DNA from: Nitrospirota bacterium
GTDB taxonomy: Bacteria > Nitrospirota > UBA9217
Direction: 5' to 3'
DNA: 64,000 nt
Assembly: GCA_963796285.1 (NCBI GenBank)
Contig: CAWCKW010000012.1
Location: 1,536,001 to 1,600,000 of the forward strand
Of the stretch, positions 42,473 through 52,163 are shown piece after piece. The notes beneath the pieces were generated by a model. It had not been told where the DNA came from. It saw only the letters and a program-made list of their open reading frames with translations, and made no database searches. A program made the translations under genes and the position numbers. Numbering within the stretch: position 1 is the first letter of the stretch; each line of letters starts with the position of its first letter.

Positions 42473-43030
42473 TTACAGAACAAAGGGAATGAACATCTTC
42501 GTTCGCTTCATATAGTCGGTGTAAGCGCCGCAGAAATACAGCAAGTTCTCTTTTTCTTCCATCCTGGCTGCCGTGATGATGTTCACCGTCACCACCATTG
42601 CCAGCAAACCGGCTTGCCACGAGGGAATGAATAAATAAGAACCCCAGGTCAGCAGAAGGAAAGCACAATACAGCGGGTGGCGAACATATTTATATGCCCC
42701 TGCCGTGACCAGAACGGTCGTTTTTTCGATATGGAGCAACGTCGGGTCGTCCCGACGGTCGTCGAGCTTGCCCTCCGTGCGCAGCAGCTGAAAGCCATGG
42801 ACCCCCATGAGCCCGGAAAGGAGCAGGCATACGACCGCAATGATGTGGTGCACACTGGACGGTTGATAGGCCCGGATGTTCAGGTTCAGCAACATGAGCA
42901 CTAAAAAAGTTTCCCATGCGAAAAATCGGTAAAAACCGTGGGAGTGATAATTGCGCAATGATGCGCTTGAAAAATGATAGATCGCAATCGATACAATGAT
43001 AAAAACAACAAGTCTGAACATCAACAACAT
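42473..43030 (-). CDS. Isoprenylcysteine carboxyl methyltransferase/PEMT family membrane protein
   Basis: LVTAGAYKYVRHPLY, EE..L...Y..Y. Confidence 0.85.
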   Translation of the reverse strand: MLLMFRLVVFIIVSIAIYHFSSASLRNYHSHGFYRFFAWETFLVLMLLNLNIRAYQPSSVHHIIAVVCLLLSGLMGVHGFQLLRTEGKLDDRRDDPTLLHIEKTTVLVTAGAYKYVRHPLYCAFLLLTWGSYLFIPSWQAGLLAMVVTVNIITAARMEEKENLLYFCGAYTDYMKRTKMFIPFVL

Positions 43031-43106
43031 AGTATCATAACCCCCCTGTTAAGAATAAGCCTTAGTGGACCGCTGTTGCCTGACATGCCGGGAATAGTCG
43101 GTCCAA

Positions 43107-43292
43107 CTAAGGAGACCGCGTCGGCGCTTGCTCCGGTTCCGGGAAACAGATGGGACAGAATGATTCCCCCTCGTCCAGGGGGCACACGTGACCTCATTCC
43201 GGACAGCAGATGCAGTCCGTGATCGGGAGCTTGCATGCAGAGCAACAGTTTTCAATCTTGTGTCCTGATATGTTATCAGCATCAAGCAACAT
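43107..43292 (-). CDS. Small Cys-rich protein with in-frame TGA (candidate selenoprotein, otherwise pseudogene)
   Basis: MLLDADNISGHKIENCCSACKLPITDCICCPE-TGA(43196-43194)-GHVCPLDEGESFCPICFPEPEQAPTRSP-TAG; SECIS-like hairpin after TGA. Confidence 0.55.
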
Positions 43293-43320
43293 AGGAAACA
43301 ACTGCCCCCGAGTGACTTTA

Positions 43321-44025
43321 TTAAAACGTACGGCCAAACTCCTCGAGCTCCTCGGGGCTGAGCTCTCCCGAGGCCTTGAGCTTCCTGTATGCTTCCGCGG
43401 GGTCCTTATGGACCGCGATAGAGATAATTTCGGCCGCACGGACGAAGCGCTCGATCCGTTCGTCCACTTTTTTGGGGAACAGATAATCCGCCAGTCGCGC
43501 GAACGCGCCTGCAAAGCCGCTCTTGATCTTGAAATAGGCGATCGCGGTTGCATCTACTGATACCGCGGCGTTCTCACTTTGTTCGGAATACATTGTCACC
43601 AGGACCACATCCCCGTTGAACCGCATGTTGAAAACGTCGTAATATCCGGAAATAAGGTAGACCCGCCTGCCCGGACGGATATCGATAAGTTCCGCGTCTC
43701 CCGCCAAGGTACCCGGTTCGTCAATATGGACCACATGATCGGATCGGATCTTTACACTATAGTTGTCCAGGAACGGGGCGTACAGGTGTGCAAGCGCCAG
43801 CATGACGTGGGGGTTGTCTATCAGATACTCGATCTGCTTAGGATTGATCGGCAGGTTCGGAAGCTTCGACTCGCGGACGATGGATGGTTCTGTAATTATT
43901 CCCTTTGCCGCAGGTCCCTTCGATTCGAGAAGGCCCGCGATGTCCTCTGCGCCGAATACGCCAATGGGTAGGGACACTATTGCAAGGCTCAGGAATATGA
44001 TGATGAAAAATCGATTGGTTTTCAT
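43321..44025 (-). CDS. Exported hypothetical protein
   Basis: Signal peptide, 234-aa open frame. Confidence 0.7.
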   Translation of the reverse strand: MKTNRFFIIIFLSLAIVSLPIGVFGAEDIAGLLESKGPAAKGIITEPSIVRESKLPNLPINPKQIEYLIDNPHVMLALAHLYAPFLDNYSVKIRSDHVVHIDEPGTLAGDAELIDIRPGRRVYLISGYYDVFNMRFNGDVVLVTMYSEQSENAAVSVDATAIAYFKIKSGFAGAFARLADYLFPKKVDERIERFVRAAEIISIAVHKDPAEAYRKLKASGELSPEELEEFGRTF

Positions 44026-44325
44026 GGGTCGATCACGTGAAGAAAAAGCAGCATATCAATTTGACGCTCGTTATTATACAATAGAAGCATGTGGTGGAAA
44101 AGCGGAATCACGTATGAGGTAGAAGTAGCATATTTTTCTTATTATTCGATGTAGGAACTGACGCCGCGCAATGGATCGATGCTAACAGTAAAGACCAGAC
44201 ATCGAGATGCGTCTTGAGGCCCTGGTATGTAAAATAACATCATGCAATGAGAAAAACTCGACACTATAAACGCGCAATTAGCATTAGAATGACGCAGGTA
44301 ACAACGTCCCCATAGTTCCTATCGT

Positions 44326-44526
44326 TCACTTCCGGTCGATTTCGATATTTTCTTTGCTGCCGCTATGGGAGACTGCGATCATGATGCCGATGCCGATCGC
44401 GATCACGATTCCGATCAAGGTCCATGTCGTACCGATTCTCGCCAGAATTCCCAATTTCCAGAGCGCGGCGAGAATGCCGCCAATCAGGAGAACATAACCA
44501 AGAAGATAAATACCTGCCCATTTCAT
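44326..44526 (-). CDS. Small two-TM membrane protein
   Basis: AGGAGG RBS, two hydrophobic helices. Confidence 0.75.
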   Translation of the reverse strand: MKWAGIYLLGYVLLIGGILAALWKLGILARIGTTWTLIGIVIAIGIGIMIAVSHSGSKENIEIDRK

Positions 44527-45042
44527 GATAAACCTCCTGCTGATTGGAATTGCTTTATAACGGGGAAAGTATAAGCAGAACTGACGTGTGAGTCAAGGTA
44601 ATAAACAATTTTGGTTGCGTTGATACCGAAAATGTATATGATGTGCTCGTCTGCGCGCTATAGGCTAAATTCCTAAAACCACTCTTTTGGTATTTCGGCT
44701 CCCAGGTTATTGATCAATGGTGAAATGGGGAAAACGCGTTATTCATATTGAAAGGGTCAGTTAGAATCACTTCTCGTTCTTTGACTTTATTCTTCGTATG
44801 TACTCAGGCTGTCAAAAAAAGAGAAGTGACCCCTTTTGGCCAGATACAAAAGGAGGTATGCTCATTGGACGGAATGTTTTCGATTCGAGTGAGTTCAGAT
44901 GAAAATCGAACGTCAAACATTAAAGACCTGATCCCAAGATGTTACCAGCGATGTTCTGACCCCAAGATTTTCCTGAATCCATATACTCTGCATTTATGCA
45001 ACGTAGGAACCAGCGATCCCAAGGATCCCTTAAGCGGACGCA

Positions 45043-45555
45043 TCATCCTGCGATCTCTTCTTCCATGGAATAATAGAATGCGAACAGCACCGAAGCCAGC
45101 ATGCTCACCAGGCCAAGACTGAGAGCGATATTCCCGATAAACTGGTCGTGCCTCAAAACGTTGAACCGAAGCAATAGGTAGTTCCAGTCATGGATCGAAT
45201 CCCCGCCTCCCAGAGAAACAAGTGGCATTGCCATCGCCTGCGCATCCTTTACGTAACGCGATATGTTCACGAAATTCTGGCCGAGCCAGAAAAGCACGAC
45301 TGACGTTGAATAATTCTCTCTGCGCAGGTAAAAGTACACCCCAAAGGCAACAGGCACGAACAACTGCCCCAGGGTGCCTCCCATGACCATAATGAATTGG
45401 CCGAACCAACTGAAGAGCAAATGCCCCGCCTCATGAGGAATAAGATCAACATTGTCGAGAAATCGAAACTCGTCGATATCTCGCGCGATGACGATCCCGT
45501 ATACGGTGAGCAGCGCGGCAAAACCGGCCTTCAGGTAATTGATCTTCCCTGCCAT
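45043..45555 (-). CDS. Membrane protein with HExxH motif (M50B-like)
   Basis: PHEAGH, GGTLGQ, HDWNYLL. Confidence 0.75.
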   Translation of the reverse strand: MAGKINYLKAGFAALLTVYGIVIARDIDEFRFLDNVDLIPHEAGHLLFSWFGQFIMVMGGTLGQLFVPVAFGVYFYLRRENYSTSVVLFWLGQNFVNISRYVKDAQAMAMPLVSLGGGDSIHDWNYLLLRFNVLRHDQFIGNIALSLGLVSMLASVLFAFYYSMEEEIAG

Positions 45556-45815
45556 TATTTTTCGCCCCTGCGAGCTCTTTGTTAAGGTCCGCCAGTCGTT
45601 TCTTGTTTTTCCGCCCGAATTCGTCCTGACAATATTTCGGCGGGCGGAAGTCTAGGGTCCAAATTTCATTTGTTGACTTTGTTGATGATGTGTATGTTTT
45701 GACCCCATCATCGTCTTTTAATTATTGTTTTATCATTGCAGGATTTACGAGCGCGTCGCAAACTTTTGCGAGGGCAGCGTTGATATCGATGTACTGTCTT
45801 GCTATAAGCGTTTGT

Positions 45816-46220
45816 TCACGATTTCCTTACGATCAATCCCGTTATCCAGCCGGCAACGACGGCCTCCACCACGCTTCCGACGAACCAGCCAAAGGCAATG
45901 GTATACGGCAGCGGCATCACGGCGTAGGACCCGTAGCCCATCGAAATCCCCGTGCCCACGCCGAACAGCAGGCCGTACTGCACGCCTCTATTCACGCTCT
46001 TGTCCGAGATCAGCCACGCATAGATGCTCACAAATGCGGCCGCCGCTATCAGGACGACTCCGTGCATGAGTCCTGTTTTCATTTCTACCATGGGCCTCCA
46101 CAGTTGAGGCGTTGCAGCGTAGGCGGACGCCAGGATCATTCCATGGAGCACAAAGTCCAACGCTGACCAGGCCGCAAACACCGCAAGCACTGCAATCACC
46201 GCAAGTAGTGTCCTCTTCAT
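45816..46220 (-). CDS. Four-TM membrane protein
   Basis: GAGGA RBS, D..LHG..L...Y..T..LWRP. Confidence 0.75.
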   Translation of the reverse strand: MKRTLLAVIAVLAVFAAWSALDFVLHGMILASAYAATPQLWRPMVEMKTGLMHGVVLIAAAAFVSIYAWLISDKSVNRGVQYGLLFGVGTGISMGYGSYAVMPLPYTIAFGWFVGSVVEAVVAGWITGLIVRKS

Positions 46221-46440
46221 GATTAATCTGTCCTCCTATAAAGAATAATTTTCATCCCGGATCAAGAACGTCGTTTCCCGGATTGTATTTTCTTCCTTAG
46301 TCCCTTCTTCCCCGCATCCTGCTTCGCTCCACCACGACCTCACCCTCTTCATTTTCGCGGGCTTTACCGCAGTCTCCGCCCGATAAGGTTTCCGAACCTG
46401 TTGCAAGCAGGCGCGATACGATCACCTGGCCGGTCACTTA

Positions 46441-47247
46441 TTAATTTTTACTTTTTGTCAGATCAATAAACGGTACCGCGGAACCGGGGATCATCTGCGT
46501 AGGAAGATGCCCATCCCATTTCTCAATTGCTTTGAGCTGTACGTAATCCTTCCCCCCTTGCGAAGTAACGGCCTTTGCCTGTATGGCGATAGCCGTGGCA
46601 TCAGCTGTGGCTGTGGCGACCTTTTGTTCCGCTAAAAACTTTATTTTGGCCAGATTGTTCTTTTCCATAAGGGCTTCCTGCTCTGCCGTTACTTTTTGTT
46701 CGATCGCGTGGTTGAATTCCTTGGAAAATTCAAAGTTGGTTATGAAAACATTATCGACGATCACATTGTTCACGGACAGAGCGATGGTCAGCGACTTCTT
46801 GAACTCCTCCTTGACTATTTCCCGCTTGGAAATAAGCTCCTCTGCCGTAAACATCGCCGTCGATTTTTTCAGATATTCCTGTATGGCTGGGGCAATGATA
46901 CGTCCGCCTACATCGTCGCCGAGCGTTTGGTATATTTTATTCACTTTCATGGCGTCAAGATGGTAGTTCAAGGCAACTCTTGCAGCGACCATTTGCAGAT
47001 CTTTTGACGACGCCTCCGACGATACTTCGACCTTCTGTATTTGAACATCCATTTTCTTGACTGACTGCGTAATGGGCATCACAAAGTGAATGCCCTCACC
47101 GAGGATCGTGTCTTGCACAGCGCCGAGTTGAATAACAACGCCGCGCTGTCCAGGGTGTACGATCACGAGCGGGTTAATGGACATAAACAATATAAGCGCC
47201 AAGACCGCAAGTGCCACCATCACAATTTTCTTGACATTACTCTCCAT
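46441..47247 (-). CDS. Prohibitin/SPFH (band 7) family protein
   Basis: V.PGQRGVV..LG, GEGIHF, SKDLQ, AIEQKV.AEQ, AIEKWDG. Confidence 0.92.
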   Translation of the reverse strand: MESNVKKIVMVALAVLALILFMSINPLVIVHPGQRGVVIQLGAVQDTILGEGIHFVMPITQSVKKMDVQIQKVEVSSEASSKDLQMVAARVALNYHLDAMKVNKIYQTLGDDVGGRIIAPAIQEYLKKSTAMFTAEELISKREIVKEEFKKSLTIALSVNNVIVDNVFITNFEFSKEFNHAIEQKVTAEQEALMEKNNLAKIKFLAEQKVATATADATAIAIQAKAVTSQGGKDYVQLKAIEKWDGHLPTQMIPGSAVPFIDLTKSKN

Positions 47248-47505
47248 CGCTCTTCTCCTTCTTTTTTGGGAATAGATAGTTTATGACAATTTTATAAAAC
47301 ACCACCACGGCCCCGATCACAATTGATAAGAGTAACACTTCAAAGAGAATTCTCATTGTTTTACGACCCCCTTGGCAATAGTCGATGTTGTGTTCTTACT
47401 GTCGTAGAGTTTTGACCGCCATACGAATCTTGATGCTAGGCAACTGTGATGTGCCTTTGCAGCCTTTGCATAGCGTTATTATTTCACGAAATGTCTTTTT
47501 CTACA

Positions 47506-47560
47506 GGTTCAACGTTGAGGTAACCGGCGCCCGCGCAAGGCGGCTTTTTCACCGAGAAAC
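47506..47560 (-). mobile_element. Possible right half of a degenerate attC site
   Basis: Minus strand ...GCGCGGGCGCCGGTTACCTCAAC-GTTGAAC resembles attC L'/R'; left arm missing. Confidence 0.35.
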
Positions 47561-47577
47561 AGAGGATGGATGTGTTG

Positions 47578-47605
47578 ATTATACGGAAGTGCGACTTTTT
47601 GTCAA
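47578..47605 (-). promoter_or_regulatory. Consensus sigma70 promoter
   Basis: TTGACA-16 bp-TATAAT on the minus strand. Confidence 0.7.
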
Positions 47606-47685
47606 GGATTCCGAAGGGCAGGGTTCGGGGGTTCTGGGTACAGGGGTCAGGGAACGGGGTTCAGGGTAAAGAGCAGCACCAATAT

Positions 47686-48570
47686 TTATTTCAGATGCTT
47701 ATCAAAAAACTCCCCCACTCTCTTCTCATATTCGCTCCCCGCTGCGGCAAGCGTTCCGCCGTGGTCCGCGCCGGGAATTATCCAGAGCTCCTTCGGTTCA
47801 CCCGCAGCGGCATATAGTTTCCTTCCATTGTCCGCGGGAATCAGCTTGTCCCCTTCTCCCGCGATGATAAGGACCGGCGTCGGGGCTATGGCCGAGATCA
47901 CCTTGACGGGAGCAATGGCGTCGACGCGCGTCTGAAATGAGAGTTCATAACCAAGGACGGTGAGATGAAGAAACGGGAAGGCGGGCAGATGATAAAAACC
48001 AATGATCGCCTCACGCGCCTGATCGCGCAGGCTCGTGAAAGCGCTGTCAGCGACTACGGCGGAAAACGCGCCTGTTTTCGCGGCTGCGAGGATCGCCGTT
48101 GACCCGCCCATTGAAAAACCATAGATCCCGATGCGCTTTGGATCGATCGTATCGCGCCTCGTTTTTAAGAATGCGAGTGTGGCTTCAATATCCTTTTGCT
48201 CATGTAAACCCAGCGACGTTCTCCTTCCGCTGCTTTCCCCATGGGCCCGGAAATCGAACAGCAGAACAAAGTATCCCCGATGTGAAAGCGATGCCGCAAG
48301 CTCGGTGAAATCAGACTTATTTGCGCCAACGCCATGGCAGATCACTATTGCCGGTGATGTTTGGTCGTAACGCGCGGGTTTAACCAGCCAGCCCTTTAAA
48401 TCAATACCGTCCGCAGTGGTGAACGAGACCTCTTCGTAATCAGCTTTGTATGCGGACGGCGGTATATGGAGAGGATACTTCGGAGGATGGGTATTGGCGT
48501 ACACCAGGACGAACGAAAGAGCCGCAATAAGGAGGACAATGCCGATAAGAATGTTCATGGCAATTTTCAT
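47686..48570 (-). CDS. Alpha/beta hydrolase with N-terminal anchor
   Basis: HG, DFRAHGES, GFSMGG nucleophile elbow, D and H (GADH). Confidence 0.9.
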   Translation of the reverse strand: MKIAMNILIGIVLLIAALSFVLVYANTHPPKYPLHIPPSAYKADYEEVSFTTADGIDLKGWLVKPARYDQTSPAIVICHGVGANKSDFTELAASLSHRGYFVLLFDFRAHGESSGRRTSLGLHEQKDIEATLAFLKTRRDTIDPKRIGIYGFSMGGSTAILAAAKTGAFSAVVADSAFTSLRDQAREAIIGFYHLPAFPFLHLTVLGYELSFQTRVDAIAPVKVISAIAPTPVLIIAGEGDKLIPADNGRKLYAAAGEPKELWIIPGADHGGTLAAAGSEYEKRVGEFFDKHLK

Positions 48571-48610
48571 GATCTCAGTTTATTGTTCTCTTGACCCTTG
48601 CGCCTATCAT

Positions 48611-49330
48611 TCAGTCCCAAACAAGGAAAAACCCGTTCATCTGGTTCATCCTTTCTACCACCTTTTCTACTGTCTGCTGATCGTGCTCCAGCACATCGGG
48701 TGCAAAATCGATTATCTTTTTCGCAAAAACAGCGCTGTTCTCCGGCGGTCTTATGAACTGCGTCTCGAGCCAATCCGGTCCCGCGCCGGTTACCACGAAG
48801 GAGGCGTCTTTCTGTCGCTCTTTCAACCAGCCAACGATGTCCTTGGTGTCAAGATGGTAGTTCGGCGCTTCGGTCCTTTGAAGCTTTAAAATGTCGTACG
48901 TCGCGTTTCCCTTGACGACCGTAACAATGTCGTTCAACTTGCCATAGCTCCTCTGGCTCCTGAAGAGCAGATACCCCTTTGCGCGCAACGAGGCACGGTA
49001 GGAGGAGATGATCTCATCGGGTTGTTTCGTATGCACGCTGAAGCCTGCCAGCCGCGCCCTCTCAAAGCCCTCTTCGCCTTTCATGTTCGCAGAGTGCACT
49101 ACCTCCGTGACAAAGAACGGCTCTGCTTCCGCTCCCGCGGCGAGCTCCACCTGGCTGATCACGTCCGCAGGAAAACCAAGTTCCTTTCTCTGCTCCCCGG
49201 TAAGCACCGCGCGCTTTGGCTTGATGATTACCATCGGCACTGGTTTTTTGGGCTTAACCGGCTTTTCAGCCTTGCACGCTAAAAGAATACTGACGAGAAG
49301 GAACACCAGAAGTGAATATCTACCTGCCAT
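48611..49330 (-). CDS. DUF4253 lipoprotein
   Basis: Lipobox LLAC; GAGPDW, FAPD, C-terminal FFLVWD. Confidence 0.75.
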   Translation of the reverse strand: MAGRYSLLVFLLVSILLACKAEKPVKPKKPVPMVIIKPKRAVLTGEQRKELGFPADVISQVELAAGAEAEPFFVTEVVHSANMKGEEGFERARLAGFSVHTKQPDEIISSYRASLRAKGYLLFRSQRSYGKLNDIVTVVKGNATYDILKLQRTEAPNYHLDTKDIVGWLKERQKDASFVVTGAGPDWLETQFIRPPENSAVFAKKIIDFAPDVLEHDQQTVEKVVERMNQMNGFFLVWD

Positions 49331-49604
49331 AGCGGATGTCGAAATGCGTGTATTCACCTTTGTAGGGCTCCCAAAAGATGTCCACCTTGCTCACCTGCGC
49401 TCCGGACGGACCGCGGTGGCACCAGCCGACGATCTCCTCGACCTTCTTCTTCTCCCCTTCGAACAAGGCTTCCACCGAACCGTCAGGAAGGTTCATGACC
49501 CATCCCCCCACGCCGATGCGGGTCGCCTCATCCTTCGTGCTTCCACGAAACCAGACTCCCTGTACGAAACCGTGAACGATCACTCGTGCGCGAAGATGCT
49601 CCAT
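49320..49604 (-). CDS. acyP: Acylphosphatase
   Basis: VHGFVQGVWFR, GWV.NLPDGSVE, GPSGA.V. Confidence 0.93.
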   Translation of the reverse strand: MEHLRARVIVHGFVQGVWFRGSTKDEATRIGVGGWVMNLPDGSVEALFEGEKKKVEEIVGWCHRGPSGAQVSKVDIFWEPYKGEYTHFDIRYGR

Positions 49605-49636
49605 ACAGTCAAGCTCCAAGTGGGACCAAAAGGATG

Positions 49637-49835
49637 TCTCTCGCGGAGGCGCGGAGTTCGCAGAGGAAATCTTTCTCCTGGTTTAAACCTGATCTAAAGG
49701 CTTCTCTCGCAAAGACGCAAAGAACGCCAAGAAAATCTTTAAGCCTTGTTTTAAACCAAAATATTATTTAAGCTCTCTCTGCGAACTCCGCGCCTCTGTT
49801 TATGCCCGCGTTATCGCAAGAGCAGGGTGCGAGAA
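49637..49835. repeat. Nested TCTCGC-family repeats (copy 3) with 31-bp insert at 49799-49829
   Basis: TCTCGCGGAGGCGCGGAGTTCGCAGAG ... CTCTGCGAACTCCGCGCCTCTG[31 bp]CGAGA, enclosing a TCTCGCAAAGACGCAAAGAACGCCAAG arm. Confidence 0.8.
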
Positions 49836-49892
49836 AAAATTTCTTTCCGTTTTTGAGGAGAACTTGATTCTATAGCAACGGACCGCTCCTGC

Positions 49893-51716
49893 CTAGCGTC
49901 TCGGCCCTCTGTTGCTCGCTCCCTGGCCCGGACCCCGGGATCCCATTGGCCTGTTCACGCGTCTTGGTCCCTTGCCCCCGGTATGTGTACTCTTGTTTGG
50001 CCGGGGACCGGAACTCGGCCATTTCCCCTCACTTCGCCCTTCATACCCTGAACCTTTCCCTCTCGAGTCACCGCCTTTGCTGCCGGGCCAGGATCGCGGG
50101 GCAGGTTTTCTTCTGGTTTCCGGCCTCCCCGATACTGCCCTTGGTGCAGGGCTGTCAAAGCTTGGCCTTGTCGTCGGGCGGCTCGTGCCAGATCTTGTTG
50201 CAGGGCGGGCACTGCTGTCTTTTCGCGGCCCGTAACCCGGGACTGCACCCGGCCCCTTGCTTCCTGGACCAGTTTTTCTCGTACTGGGCCACGGTCGCTG
50301 GTCCGGCTTTCTTCTGACTTCCGGCCTCCCCATGGCTGCCCCCGGTGCGGGCCTGCCGGCGCCTGTTGTTGATGCAGGGCGGCTCGAGACCGGACGTGAT
50401 GTCTGTCTGTACGTACTGTTGTCTCCTCGAGGTCCAAACCCTGCGGCGCCGCCGGGTCCTCTGCTTCCCGTAAAGACGCTCCTGTTCGGCCGCGACCCGG
50501 AAGCCGGTCTTCGTCCCTCTTCATGCGTCTCGTACCTTGAGCCCTTGCTTCTCGCTTCGCTGCTTTTGGTGCTGGCCCAGGAGCGCTGGGCCGGTACCCG
50601 TCTGGTCTCCCGGTTTCCCATAGCTGCTGGAGCTGTTTTGCGAACTGACGCTCCCGAAGCCGTGCCGCGCTCGCTGTCTTCGCGCGTACGAACAACAGCG
50701 GGCCGCATTGTTCGATCGCCGTCCCTTGCTGGTTCGTTAGCAGGGCGAGGTCTGATCATCTGGTTCTTCCTTCGCCCGTCGGTCGTATCCTGCATGACAA
50801 CGGCTCCCGCGGGCCGTGTTCGTGCTGCATACTTCTTCGGCTGTCTCTCGTCTCGGCCCCTGCTCGCTGTCCCCTGTCCCCGGTACTCAGGCCTTGGACT
50901 TCTCGAACCAATGCCCGGGACACCAACGGCCGGATATTCTTTTCTCAAGACAGAGGGCTTCCTCATGCTCGCGGGCTGCAACGGTTTGACCTCTGTTTTT
51001 TGCGACAGGTCCATCAGCCCCTTGACCTCGATCGGCGTCAAATAGCGGAATGTCCCCTCAGGGAGATCGCCCAGCACCAGATTGCCGGTTTTGGTCCTCT
51101 TCAGCTTGATCACCGACCGTCCGACCCGATCGAACATGCGGCGCACCTGGCGTTTCCTGCCTTCAGTGATGGTAAGCTCTACCCAGGAATTCGCTTCTTC
51201 CTTGCGGATCTTCCTGAGTTTCGCGGGCGCGGTCTTCCCGTCGTCGAGAAAGAGTCCCGTCTCGATCATTTCTATCTGCTTTTCGTCAAGCACGCCCTTG
51301 AGCTTCGCCAGATAGGTTTTGGGCAGTTCATGCTTGGGATGGGTGACCTGGAAGGCGAAATCTCCGTCATTCGTCAGGATCAACATGCCTTCGGTGTTGT
51401 AATCCAGCCTGCCCACGGGATAGACGCGGACCTTGACCCCTTTCAGCAAATCCTGCACCGTGGGCCGCCCTTCGGGGTCGGACATGGTCGTGACAAAGCC
51501 CACGGGTTTATTCAGCATGATATAGGTTTTCGGCTGATGCGGATTGATGAGTTTGCCGTCGACCTTGATGTGGTCCTTGGATGCGTCGGCCTTGGTACCG
51601 AGTTCGGTCACCACCTTGCCGTTCACTCGCACCCTGCCTTCGGCGATAAGCTCTTCTGCGGCGCGGCGCGACGTTACTCCCGCGGCGGATATGATTTTTT
51701 GTATACGTTCTTCCAT
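49893..51716 (-). CDS. rluB: 23S rRNA pseudouridine synthase (RluB/RsuA family) with long low-complexity C-terminal tail
   Basis: S4 domain (ERIQK..SRRAAE), VGRLDYNTEG, EGRKRQVRRM; R/G/P/S-rich tail of ~360 aa. Confidence 0.9.
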   Translation of the reverse strand: MEERIQKIISAAGVTSRRAAEELIAEGRVRVNGKVVTELGTKADASKDHIKVDGKLINPHQPKTYIMLNKPVGFVTTMSDPEGRPTVQDLLKGVKVRVYPVGRLDYNTEGMLILTNDGDFAFQVTHPKHELPKTYLAKLKGVLDEKQIEMIETGLFLDDGKTAPAKLRKIRKEEANSWVELTITEGRKRQVRRMFDRVGRSVIKLKRTKTGNLVLGDLPEGTFRYLTPIEVKGLMDLSQKTEVKPLQPASMRKPSVLRKEYPAVGVPGIGSRSPRPEYRGQGTASRGRDERQPKKYAARTRPAGAVVMQDTTDGRRKNQMIRPRPANEPARDGDRTMRPAVVRTREDSERGTASGASVRKTAPAAMGNRETRRVPAQRSWASTKSSEARSKGSRYETHEEGRRPASGSRPNRSVFTGSRGPGGAAGFGPRGDNSTYRQTSRPVSSRPASTTGAGRPAPGAAMGRPEVRRKPDQRPWPSTRKTGPGSKGPGAVPGYGPRKDSSARPATRSGTSRPTTRPSFDSPAPRAVSGRPETRRKPAPRSWPGSKGGDSRGKGSGYEGRSEGKWPSSGPRPNKSTHTGGKGPRRVNRPMGSRGPGQGASNRGPRR

Positions 51717-51862
51717 GTGTTCCTTTCGTGGATCAGCGCCTATTTTAGGTATAGTAGTATACAGGCAAACCACGGGAAAAGCAATTAAGTGAGATAACTG
51801 AGGGAATTTCGCGAGATGATAGCCTTGATGATCTCATAAAAAAACAATCTACCGCAGAGGCG

Positions 51863-51924
51863 TAGCCTGCTGTTGCCCCCTGCTCTTGCGATAGCGCGGG
51901 GACAAGCCAAAACGCGGCCATAAA
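51863..51924 (-). repeat. 62-bp nested unit (31-bp unit inside 31-bp unit), inverted copy
   Basis: 58/62 identical to 38580-38641; splits ACCGCAGAGGCG|CGGAG. Confidence 0.85.
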
Positions 51925-52163
51925 CGGAGATGCGGAACGCTGCATTTTGAAAATAATAAGGATGTTCTCTGCGTATTTCAGCGGTTAAATTCGACTTATT
52001 GAGAGTACATCAACCTCGAGTGATGAAGATATCGCACTTAAAATCAGGTAGCAGCGCCGTTTCAGCGCCCCTTAGACAGGGTTCCTGAGCATGAGATCCA
52101 AGTGAATTGCAGATTTCGGATCAAGGCATGACCCGTGAACAAAGCGACGCACACGAAGCCGGA

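Noticed and set aside
44600-45040. ORF 44748..45122 or a possible ncRNA in an AT-rich intergenic region
   Set aside because: No RBS, motif or convincing structure; overlaps the 3' end of a real gene.
46230-46440. Short ORF or RNA between SPFH and the membrane protein gene
   Set aside because: No supportable start context, motif or stable fold by eye.
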